From positions 1 through 24,208 of the IMG/VR virus record IMGVR_UViG_3300017706_001625: a stretch of 24,208 nucleotides of DNA; one strand, written 5' to 3'. This document shows positions 16,367 to 23,902 of this stretch, in pieces. The position numbers were made by a program, and so were the translations under genes. The notes under the pieces were generated by a model. That model saw nothing but the letters and a program-made list of their open reading frames with translations. It did no database searches and was not told the DNA's origin. The DNA comes from a virus. Its lineage: Duplodnaviria > Caudoviricetes. Each line of letters starts with the position of its first letter. The first letter of the stretch is position 1.

Positions 16367-16821
16367 AATTGACCATCGGAATTGATCCAGGTAAGTCAGG
16401 CGGCTACGCAATCGCTTGGGGCGGGATGCACGATATTAAACTGCATTCCATCGGGGAGGACTTCGAATTTGTTGAGCACATCCAAGATCTTCAAGACCAT
16501 CCAATTGTCACCTCAATTGAAGCGGTGGTTGAATTGGTCCCGCCTTTTGCCGGCAAGATGATTCCTTCGAGTAGCTCATTCAAATTAGGCAAATCATGTG
16601 GCTTTCTTGAAGGGGTACTTCGGATGGCCGAAATTCCATTTACTTTAGTCCGCCCACAGGAATGGCAAAAAGGATTAAGTGGATTGACTAAGTTAACCTC
16701 GGGAAAACGAAAGAAGGTTTTGGCCAACCATGCCAAGCAATTCTTTCCATCGACTAAAGGGATTACCCTCAAGACAGCCGATGCGATCCTCATTTTAAGA
16801 CACTTTCTTATTAATCAATAA
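16363..16821 (+). CDS. RuvC-like Holliday junction resolvase (phage type)
   Basis: IGIDPGKSGG, AVVE, VRPQEWQK, ADAILI: RNase H-fold acidic residues in the RuvC arrangement. Confidence 0.85.
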   Translation: MKLTIGIDPGKSGGYAIAWGGMHDIKLHSIGEDFEFVEHIQDLQDHPIVTSIEAVVELVPPFAGKMIPSSSSFKLGKSCGFLEGVLRMAEIPFTLVRPQEWQKGLSGLTKLTSGKRKKVLANHAKQFFPSTKGITLKTADAILILRHFLINQ

Positions 16822-16865
16822 TGGGCCTCCACCCGTAAAAATGGAGATAGAAAACATAAAATATC

Positions 16866-17573
16866 ATGGCTATATTACAGCAATCATCTAACGGAGGCGG
16901 ACCTATTACAGGTTGGCCACTAACTACACTCGCACCGCAAGGACAGACTTTCGCAGTCTGTTTAGCAGTTAAAGACTCAATGAATATTCAGCGACCTTCA
17001 TATGAAGATCCGAGCATAATCGAGACTAAAAACTTCTGCCGTTTCCTTTTTGGATTAACTGACGGAACAATGATTCAGACCGGTGAAATGGTTATATCGC
17101 TCCATGAAAAGAGTAAGCTGTTTAAAACTCTGACCTCATGGAACGGCACTATGCCATTCAGCGGATTCGATACCGAAACAATGGTAGGTAAAGGAGCAAC
17201 TCTAAATATTATCAATAAGGTCAGCCAAAAAGGTCGGGAGTATGCTGATATCAGTGCCATCATGCCGGTCATGGCGGGGATGGAAAATCAGATACCTGAC
17301 AAATCAAGATTTGTCATACCATCGGGCGAAAATCAAAATGATATCACTTTGCAACCGGCTCCGGTTCAACAAGTTGCACAGCCGAGCATAATGCCGCAAA
17401 CTCAACCCGCTCAACCGGTTCAGCAACAGCCGATGCAATCAACGACTCAGGTGAATATCGACCAACCCCAACCTGTTCCCGCCGTACAAGAACCCGTACA
17501 ACAACCAGCCCCCCAACAGGCAACAATGGGAACTCAGTTCACCGGACCACAATCCACGAATGTACCTTTCTAA
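16866..17573 (+). CDS. Putative single-stranded DNA-binding protein
   Basis: Beta-rich N-domain (LHEKSKLFKTLTSWNG, VGKGATLNII...YADISAIMP), long Gln/Pro linker, C-terminal VPF tip; adjacent to exonuclease. Confidence 0.65.
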   Translation: MAILQQSSNGGGPITGWPLTTLAPQGQTFAVCLAVKDSMNIQRPSYEDPSIIETKNFCRFLFGLTDGTMIQTGEMVISLHEKSKLFKTLTSWNGTMPFSGFDTETMVGKGATLNIINKVSQKGREYADISAIMPVMAGMENQIPDKSRFVIPSGENQNDITLQPAPVQQVAQPSIMPQTQPAQPVQQQPMQSTTQVNIDQPQPVPAVQEPVQQPAPQQATMGTQFTGPQSTNVPF

Positions 17574-17575
17574 AA

Positions 17576-17641
17576 ATGAATCCGATAGCTATATTACTAA
17601 TGATCGGATGGGCGGCTGTAGTGGCCGACATGGTGCTGTGA
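17576..17641 (+). CDS. Possible 21-aa hydrophobic micropeptide
   Basis: MNPIAILLMIGWAAVVADMVL starts 2 nt after the SSB stop; no clear RBS. Confidence 0.3.
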   Translation: MNPIAILLMIGWAAVVADMVL

Positions 17642-17704
17642 AATATCTGAAGCGAGCGATCCACCTGGTATACTTTTTATACCGCTATGGAAAGGAGTTA
17701 ATCA

Positions 17705-18520
17705 ATGGCTATTCTGCAAGCAAAACCGAAAAGAGGTAGTGGCGGACATTGGTACACCCGAGAGGGGAAAGCCAAGCACACCATGCCTCGGGCTTCCGGT
17801 GATGGTGAAAGAAATACTACTCTCCGAGATGCTAAGAAGCACGGGCTATTCCCATCCGTTACAACTCTTCTTGGCCTGTTTGCCAAGCCGGGCTTGGACC
17901 GATGGAAACAGAACCAGCTTATATTAATAGCATTCAGCAATCCTCCGAAAGCCGGGGAAACAATTGAACAATATACAGACCGATGCTTAGTAATGCACGA
18001 AAAGCCAGTCGAAGAGGCGGCAGACTTTGGGACGAAGGTTCACGATGCGATTGAGTGCTATTGGAAGGGCGAGCATATCCCCGATGAGTTGTTGGAATAT
18101 ATCCAACCGGCCCTTGACTGGAAACAAGAAAACCAACTGTCCTTTATCGAGTTTGAGAAGATGTTGGTAAATACGAATCATGGATTTGCTGGTACTGTTG
18201 ATATTGTCGGTAAAGGATCAGATAATCAGATGTTCATCGTTGACTGGAAAACCCGCAAGACGAAGAAGGGGCAGAAGGTAACCGCATATGATTTTCAGAT
18301 TCATCAGATTGCGGCATATGCGGCAACCTATTGGGGTGAGGAGAATGTTCTGAACCATCGAGTACATGGAGCAAATGCCTTTATATCTAGTACCGAGAAA
18401 GGTCGCTTTGAAGTCATTCGCTATTCCCCCGAGGATCTCGCCAAAGCATGGGTCGATTTCACCGCCCTCTGTCAGCTTTGGCGGAGTCTGAAAAACTACG
18501 ATCCTCGAAATCATGCATAA
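17705..18520 (+). CDS. PD-(D/E)XK family (Cas4/RecB-like) phage exonuclease
   Basis: PSVTTLL, GTKVHDAIE, FAGTVDIV, IVDWKT, QIAAYA motifs; AAGGAG RBS. Confidence 0.88.
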   Translation: MAILQAKPKRGSGGHWYTREGKAKHTMPRASGDGERNTTLRDAKKHGLFPSVTTLLGLFAKPGLDRWKQNQLILIAFSNPPKAGETIEQYTDRCLVMHEKPVEEAADFGTKVHDAIECYWKGEHIPDELLEYIQPALDWKQENQLSFIEFEKMLVNTNHGFAGTVDIVGKGSDNQMFIVDWKTRKTKKGQKVTAYDFQIHQIAAYAATYWGEENVLNHRVHGANAFISSTEKGRFEVIRYSPEDLAKAWVDFTALCQLWRSLKNYDPRNHA

Positions 18521-18671
18521 CTGGGTAAAAATAGGAACTGGTTTTCGGCCTGATGATTCGCCGTATCAGGTAAACAAAATCCATTGCACCGAATGCGATC
18601 AATTATGGATGGATGATGAGGATGAATTGTGCGATTGCGAGGATGAGGAGGAATGTGCAGATGAGAGCTAG
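18513..18671 (+). CDS. 52-aa acidic Cys-rich protein (not in ORF track)
   Basis: MHNWVKIGTGFRPDDSPYQVNKIHCTECDQLWMDDEDELCDCEDEEECADES; overlaps both neighbours and fills the gap. Confidence 0.6.
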   Translation: MHNWVKIGTGFRPDDSPYQVNKIHCTECDQLWMDDEDELCDCEDEEECADES

Positions 18672-18906
18672 GAAATTCAGATCAGCTAATTTTTCACTCG
18701 GAGGGAAAGTAACGGAAAGCCACTTAATTGTTGGCCTTCCAGCTTACTTAAAATCAATGATTCAAGATTTCTGCCATCAGCAAAAAATAAGCATGAGCGG
18801 ATATGCCATGAAATTAATTTTAGCGGATTTAAGACCGAAGATTAAAAAGCTCGATGATTACATGAAAGAGGTCGAAAGAGTTCAGGAAATCGAAAGTAAA
18901 CTGTGA
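18661..18906 (+). CDS. Ribbon-helix-helix-like DNA-binding protein
   Basis: Start moved to ATG 18661 (GAGGAGG upstream); HLIVGLPAYLKSMIQDFCHQQKISMSGYAMKLILADL fits strand-helix-turn-helix of RHH. Confidence 0.6.
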   Translation: MRARKFRSANFSLGGKVTESHLIVGLPAYLKSMIQDFCHQQKISMSGYAMKLILADLRPKIKKLDDYMKEVERVQEIESKL

Positions 18907-19118
18907 GCGATTTCTCGGATTTCGGAAGTAATCTCTCACGGGAAGTGTCTGAAGCGTATGAGCGTTTTTGGAGTAAGAACCAACTGACTACGGTTTGGGA
19001 TAATGGGGAAGGGCGGACCGTGCGGACTACAATGCCGAGGGTCCGCCCGAAATCCAAGGGTGAATTAGATTTTAGAAATAAGAAGAAAGGGACGAAAGAA
19101 GATGGCAAAGTTTATTAG
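18903..19118 (+). CDS. Hypothetical protein
   Basis: 71 aa; GTGA overlap with the upstream gene and short overlap with the methyltransferase. Confidence 0.6.
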   Translation: MSDFSDFGSNLSREVSEAYERFWSKNQLTTVWDNGEGRTVRTTMPRVRPKSKGELDFRNKKKGTKEDGKVY

Positions 19119-20610
19119 TTTATTCGCTGGGGTCGGTGGATTCGATCTTGGCATGGAACAGGCGGGGCATGAATGTGTTGCCCAAGTGGAATGGGACAAG
19201 AATGCGGCGGGTGTATTAAAGCATCGCTGGCCGAATGTTCCCCTGTTCTGCGATGTATCCAAAGTATCGGCGGATGATTTGCCCGATGCAGATTTTATAA
19301 CATACGGATTCCCATGCCAGGACTTGAGCGTGGCCGGTAAAAGAGAGGGATTAGATGGAAAACGAAGCGGATTATTCTGGGAAGCCACACGCATTATCAA
19401 ACAACTTGCAGAGCGAGCTATTCGGAGAGGAGGAGCTGGCGGAGGTAGGTTCATCGCAGTCGCTGAGAATGTCAAAGGATTGCTCTCTAGCGGAGATGGT
19501 TACGACTTTGCGAGGTGCATCCGAGAGTTACACAACATCGGGGCTAGTGAAGTCGGATTCTCAGTATTTGATTCTCAATACTTCGGAGTGGCGCAAAGAC
19601 GCAAGCGTGTGTTCCTTGTCGCAGATTTTGGAGGCGAATCCACATCCGAAATACTCGCTTTCTCCGAAGGCATGTCAGGGCATCCTCCGCCGAGCAGAAA
19701 AGCGGGGAAAGGAACTGCCGGAGATGCTACAGAAAGCGTTGGAGAGGGTGGCAAGTGCGACTGTGATCCAAACGGAACAGCAGGAACACTCCTCGCAAGA
19801 GACTACAAAGGACTAGGGAATCAAGACTTAGAGACGGGTAGAGGTTTAGCATTACAAGCCCAATCCACAGGAAGTGACCCCGATCTAATGGCCACGCTAT
19901 GTGCGAAGGATAATGATAAGATTGGATCGAACCAATGGGTGAAGGAGGGGGAGGCAATTATCGAAGGAGTAGACTGGTATAACAATGCAGTCACAGGAGA
20001 TATAAATCATACCCTTAAAATAGGTGGAGATGTACCTGGTGTAATTCAACAAGAAGGCATCGCCTTTGAGCCTAGAAGTGCAGATGGCGAACCTAGAATA
20101 ACAGGTGATATAAAAGAGGTTGTCAGTCCTACCTTAAACTGCATGGGCGGAGGGCAGCGTGAACCTTCAGTAGTCTCCTGGAACGGAGACACAACCCCTA
20201 AGGCTTCGGAGGATGTATCGGTAACTCTGCGTAGCCAGCAAGGCGGGGAAGGCGTGGGGGTGGCTCATGCGGCAGATCTTTATAATTTTACGACTAACGA
20301 TCAAACAAACCAAACTCTGAGAGGAGGGGCGGCGCAATGCAAAGAGCATTATGGGGCGGTCGTTAAAGAAAACCTAACAGTCCGCCGACTCACTCCAATC
20401 GAATGTGAGAGGCTACAGGGATTCCCCGATAATTGGACATCGGAAAAGATGGAAATGACCCTTGAGGGGAACGAGTGGAAGGCTACCGGCAAGGTGGTCA
20501 AACAGGCTGATGGACCACGATATAAAGCCATGGGGAACGCTATTACTGTCAATGTTGGAGCGTGGATAGGGAAACAGATTGGAAAGGTACTTAATGAAAA
20601 CAATATATAA
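19102..20610 (+). CDS. dcm: DNA (cytosine-5)-methyltransferase with expanded variable region
   Basis: Motif I LFAGVGG, IV GFPCQDLS, VI ENV, VIII QRRKRVF, IX-like RRLTPIECERLQGFPD, X GNA. Confidence 0.95.
   Translation: MAKFISLFAGVGGFDLGMEQAGHECVAQVEWDKNAAGVLKHRWPNVPLFCDVSKVSADDLPDADFITYGFPCQDLSVAGKREGLDGKRSGLFWEATRIIKQLAERAIRRGGAGGGRFIAVAENVKGLLSSGDGYDFARCIRELHNIGASEVGFSVFDSQYFGVAQRRKRVFLVADFGGESTSEILAFSEGMSGHPPPSRKAGKGTAGDATESVGEGGKCDCDPNGTAGTLLARDYKGLGNQDLETGRGLALQAQSTGSDPDLMATLCAKDNDKIGSNQWVKEGEAIIEGVDWYNNAVTGDINHTLKIGGDVPGVIQQEGIAFEPRSADGEPRITGDIKEVVSPTLNCMGGGQREPSVVSWNGDTTPKASEDVSVTLRSQQGGEGVGVAHAADLYNFTTNDQTNQTLRGGAAQCKEHYGAVVKENLTVRRLTPIECERLQGFPDNWTSEKMEMTLEGNEWKATGKVVKQADGPRYKAMGNAITVNVGAWIGKQIGKVLNENNI
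19355..19816 (+). CDS. Nested +1-frame gene resembling the beta polypeptide of M.EcoHK31I-type two-chain C5 methyltransferases
   Basis: LNTSEWRKDASVCSLSQILE...KYSLSPKACQGILRRAEKRGKELPEMLQKALE recognised from memory; GAGGG 5 nt before ATG 19355; alternative in-frame ATG at 19469 inside the ENV codons. Confidence 0.7.
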   Translation: MENEADYSGKPHALSNNLQSELFGEEELAEVGSSQSLRMSKDCSLAEMVTTLRGASESYTTSGLVKSDSQYLILNTSEWRKDASVCSLSQILEANPHPKYSLSPKACQGILRRAEKRGKELPEMLQKALERVASATVIQTEQQEHSSQETTKD

Positions 20611-20806
20611 AATGGGCAGAGGATTACCTCGGGGAGAGAAGGTAGTCGTAAAGGTGGGAAGCCGCCAAGCGGATGTAATCCTAGATACCGACAAAATGAA
20701 TTGGCGGGTCAAGCTCGATACTCCCGACCTCCCCGAACTAGAATATCCGACTTTGCAGAATGCGGTAATGTCAGCAGAAACCATTTTAAAGGAGGATCGG
20801 AATTGA
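20594..20806 (+). CDS. Hypothetical protein
   Basis: ATG 20594 with AAGG upstream; 70 aa; stop overlaps the polymerase TTG start. Confidence 0.6.
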   Translation: MKTIYKMGRGLPRGEKVVVKVGSRQADVILDTDKMNWRVKLDTPDLPELEYPTLQNAVMSAETILKEDRN

Positions 20807-22557
20807 TCGCCCTCGATGTTGAAACCGTTTGGTCCAAGCAGTACAGCGTGGCCACGATGGGACTCGACCGCTATGTCAAGCACCCTGACTTTCGGGTAAC
20901 CATAGTTTCCCTGGTAGCCGATGATGGTTTCGAGTGGGTTGGCGATCCCCGAGACTTACCGGTTGATATTCTAAACGGACAATCGATCTGCGCACATAAT
21001 GCTGAGTTCGATTCGGTATGCTGTCGAATGGCAATGGCGAGGGGGCAGATGCCACAGTTTACTCCGAAGGAATGGATTTGTACGGCTGATATGGCAAGCT
21101 GGCATCAGTTGCCGAGGTCATTGGCGGGTTGTTATAAGGAGCTATTTGGCGAGGAATTGAACAAGGATGCCCGCAATGAAATGAGCGGGTTAAGGCCCGA
21201 AGAAATTCTACAGAATGAATCCTTTAAAGAGTATGCACTGGGTGACAGCCGAGCGTGTATTCGGATTTACAATGAACTGAAAATATCCTTCCCCGAGAAA
21301 GAGTTTTTACTTTCCGCATTTACCCGAAGGACTGCTTCCCGAGGCATGGCGATCGATCAGCCACTATGCCAAGAATATATAAATAAGACTGAGGCGATTA
21401 TGAAAGAGGTCGAAACCTTTCTGCCTTGGGTTGGACCAGGAGGAGGTGAACCAACTTCAACAGTTGCAATGGCCGCCTATTTAAAGATGCAGAATGTCGA
21501 ACCTCCCAAATCGACTCAGGAGGGAGATTCGGAACTACTTTTATGGAAGGCTAAGAATCCGCAATACGCTCCGATCCTTGAAGCGATGACGAGGTGGAGA
21601 AAAGCGAATAAAGCGAGGCAGACTTATATATCCATGATCCTTCGAGTCCGCCCCGACCATCGAGTTTCCACCCGACTGAAATACTGCGGTGCGCCGCATA
21701 CCGGTCGATGGAGTGGAGCGGGTGGATTAAACTTTCAAGGCATTCCTCGGGACGAAGTTGAGGGTACATCGGCAAAGAAATGTCTTACACCTGGTAAAGG
21801 CCGAGTTATGGTCTCTGCCGACCTATCGCAAATCGAGCCGAGGGTATTGGCTTATCTTTGCGGGGACTTTGATTTCCTTGGTTTGGTCAGAGGCGGGATT
21901 GATCTTTACGAGGCACATGGCCGAGCGACTGGACTCTATAACGAGGATGAGCCAATGAAGGATTTAGCCCCCGAACTTCGCCATCTCTGTAAAGCCCGTG
22001 TGTTGGGATTGGGCTACGGATGCGGTCCGAAGAAATTCGGCCAAGTGGCACAAGCCCTTACCGGCGGGAAATTAAATATGACCGATGCTGAGAGCCGAAA
22101 ACAGGTCAAAGATTTTAGGAATCAGAACCCCAAGATTGTCGAACTTTGGAAGAAGTGCGAGGGCCACATCCGAGAGGAGGCCAAGCAGACTCCCGAGTGT
22201 GCCACAATGAACATGAGATCAGGGAATGTGATCCGATATTTCAATGTAAATGATAACGGCAAGGAACTGACCGGTCAGAAGGTAAGAGGGCAAGGGTCGA
22301 TGAAATTATATGGCGGACTCCTTGTTGAGAATTTAGTCCAGGCAACAGCGAGAGATATCATGGCGGATGCACTTCTAAGAATTGAGGCCGCTGGTCTGCC
22401 CGTTGTCCTTCATGTCCATGACTCGGTCACAGTCGAAGTGGCTGAGAATGAGGGGCAACAAGCACTCGACTTAATGATCCAACTATTAACCAAAGAACCT
22501 CTCTATATGCCAGGACTACCCTTGGCGGCGGAGGGGGAAATTAAAACGCACTACTGA
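20803..22557 (+). CDS. polA: Family A DNA polymerase with 3'-5' exonuclease domain
   Basis: Exo motifs DVET, HNAEFD, YALGD; HTGRWSG, motif A ADLSQIEPR, motif B RHLCKARVLGLGYG, motif C VHDS; start placed at TTG 20803 (GGAGG at 20791-95) rather than 20701. Confidence 0.93.
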   Translation: MIALDVETVWSKQYSVATMGLDRYVKHPDFRVTIVSLVADDGFEWVGDPRDLPVDILNGQSICAHNAEFDSVCCRMAMARGQMPQFTPKEWICTADMASWHQLPRSLAGCYKELFGEELNKDARNEMSGLRPEEILQNESFKEYALGDSRACIRIYNELKISFPEKEFLLSAFTRRTASRGMAIDQPLCQEYINKTEAIMKEVETFLPWVGPGGGEPTSTVAMAAYLKMQNVEPPKSTQEGDSELLLWKAKNPQYAPILEAMTRWRKANKARQTYISMILRVRPDHRVSTRLKYCGAPHTGRWSGAGGLNFQGIPRDEVEGTSAKKCLTPGKGRVMVSADLSQIEPRVLAYLCGDFDFLGLVRGGIDLYEAHGRATGLYNEDEPMKDLAPELRHLCKARVLGLGYGCGPKKFGQVAQALTGGKLNMTDAESRKQVKDFRNQNPKIVELWKKCEGHIREEAKQTPECATMNMRSGNVIRYFNVNDNGKELTGQKVRGQGSMKLYGGLLVENLVQATARDIMADALLRIEAAGLPVVLHVHDSVTVEVAENEGQQALDLMIQLLTKEPLYMPGLPLAAEGEIKTHY

Positions 22558-23069
22558 TGGGATGCCACAAAGCAATATCGTTTAAGCAGTGCGATGAACC
22601 GAGTCGCTGGGTCAGAGTTAAAACCCATCCGTACTACTCGCAAGGGAGTGGCATTAGCCATAAAAAGCAATGCGTCCTTTGCGGGGCTTGCGGGGTACTG
22701 ACTGCGGATTACCCTCCGACTGGAGTTGAGGTTATCGATGAGGATAAGGCGAAAGAATTTGAGAATCAAAAAAACATCGAACGGCAGAATCAAATCCGAG
22801 AAGAGATTGAAGTTAGGAAAGCCCGAAAGGAGGAAGAGCATTTAGAGTGGAAACAATCATATAAAATATATCTACACTCCGAGGTTTGGAAGGATAAAAG
22901 AGGTTTAATTCTCCAACGAGATAAGAACATCTGCCAGTGCTGTCTAAAAAGGCAAGCGACTGAAGTCCATCACATGACCTACGATTCTTATAATCTATCT
23001 CCAGGCAGTGAACCAGCATGGGAATTAATCTCCATCTGTCGGTCATGCCACGAAAGGCAACACGCATGA
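22557..23069 (+). CDS. HNH endonuclease-like protein with N-terminal Cys-rich region
   Basis: YLHSEVWKDKR..ILQRDKNICQCC...TEVHHMTY...LISICRSCHERQH; N-terminal CVLCGAC. Confidence 0.8.
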   Translation: MGCHKAISFKQCDEPSRWVRVKTHPYYSQGSGISHKKQCVLCGACGVLTADYPPTGVEVIDEDKAKEFENQKNIERQNQIREEIEVRKARKEEEHLEWKQSYKIYLHSEVWKDKRGLILQRDKNICQCCLKRQATEVHHMTYDSYNLSPGSEPAWELISICRSCHERQHA

Positions 23070-23185
23070 ACCTCCTCCGCTCAATCGGCTTAATCGGATT
23101 ATTCATCACCGCAGTCCTCGTCTTAGCCTACATCGTGGCCGCCTTCGTACTTACAATAATAACATCACTATTCTACACTACATGA
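23066..23185 (+). CDS. 39-aa single-pass membrane protein (not in ORF track)
   Basis: MNLLRSIGLIGLFITAVLVLAYIVAAFVLTIITSLFYTT; ATGA overlaps with both neighbours. Confidence 0.65.
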   Translation: MNLLRSIGLIGLFITAVLVLAYIVAAFVLTIITSLFYTT

Positions 23186-23697
23186 ACCACAAAATTATCG
23201 GACTGACAGGTCCAAAAATGGTAGGCAAATCGACATATGCTAAATCTTATGTCGATGCGGTAACCCTATCCTTCGCCACTCCAATAAAAGAGATGCTCAA
23301 GGTCATTCTGCCGGGGGAGAAGTATCTGCACTTTAAAGAAGAACCAATACCTGGTTTCCCCGACGGAATTAATGCCCGAAAGATGCTTCAGGAACTCGGG
23401 ACTACTTGGGGGAGAGAAGGACCAGCGGGGTATGCTAATATATGGATCGACTTAGCCTATAAGGCGGCTCTCCCTCACATCGGCAAGCGGACAATCGTAT
23501 TTGACGATATAAGATTCCCGAATGAAGCTTGGGCGATTCGTAGGTGGGGCAATACCCACGAAGTGCTTACAGAAATCGTTCACATCTCTCGGAAGGGACA
23601 TGAACCCGATCCGAATGAAAATCATGTCTCAGAGGCGGGACTACCTAAAGGGATGATCGATCAATGGGTGTCGGTGGGTGAGGATGGGAAAATCTAA
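23182..23697 (+). CDS. Deoxynucleoside monophosphate kinase (phage type)
   Basis: IIGLTGPKMVGKST P-loop, SFATPIKEML, RKMLQELGT.WGR, DDIRFPNE, HVSE. Confidence 0.85.
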   Translation: MNHKIIGLTGPKMVGKSTYAKSYVDAVTLSFATPIKEMLKVILPGEKYLHFKEEPIPGFPDGINARKMLQELGTTWGREGPAGYANIWIDLAYKAALPHIGKRTIVFDDIRFPNEAWAIRRWGNTHEVLTEIVHISRKGHEPDPNENHVSEAGLPKGMIDQWVSVGEDGKI

Positions 23698-23902
23698 GGA
23701 CATAGCCAAGCAAATGGCCACCGAAGCAAAGTTAAAAAATATGCTTCTTAAACTCCCCGATGATCATGCTGGAATGTCCCAAAGAGAACTAGCAGATAAA
23801 TCGGGGATACCAAGGCGGACTATTCGCAAGATTGAGGCCGAGGCAATTACGAAGCTGACTGAATATATAGCCCAGTTTATAGAGGGCGAGGGTTCCGACT
23901 AA
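23684..23902 (+). CDS. Small HTH protein (sigma region 4 / Cro-like)
   Basis: GMSQRELADKSGIPRRTIRKIEAEAITKL; start ATG 23684 or GTG 23678. Confidence 0.7.
   Translation: MGKSKDIAKQMATEAKLKNMLLKLPDDHAGMSQRELADKSGIPRRTIRKIEAEAITKLTEYIAQFIEGEGSD

Noticed and set aside
16827-16846. CTCCA/TGGAG stem before the SSB gene as a terminator
   Set aside because: Only 5 bp with a 10-nt loop and no U-tract
17350-17530. Repetitive CAACC/CAGCC-rich DNA
   Set aside because: Explained by the Gln/Pro low-complexity linker of the SSB; no fixed repeat-spacer periodicity, so not CRISPR
17705-18520. Cas4-like nuclease as evidence of a CRISPR system
   Set aside because: No array or other cas genes seen; solo PD-(D/E)XK nucleases are routine in phage replication modules
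18613-18660. Track start of the 97-aa ORF
   Set aside because: Overlaps the acidic 52-aa ORF; the strong RBS points to ATG 18661
20701-20802. N-terminal extension of the polymerase ORF given in the track
   Set aside because: It overlaps the upstream 70-aa gene; GGAGG plus TTG 20803 starts the protein right at the exonuclease motif
22557-23069. HNH gene as part of an intron or intein in the polymerase
   Set aside because: The polymerase is complete through motif C and its C-terminus; the HNH ORF is free-standing
16491-23109. Minus-strand ORFs opposite the replication genes
   Set aside because: All lie within well-supported + strand genes and lack domain signatures
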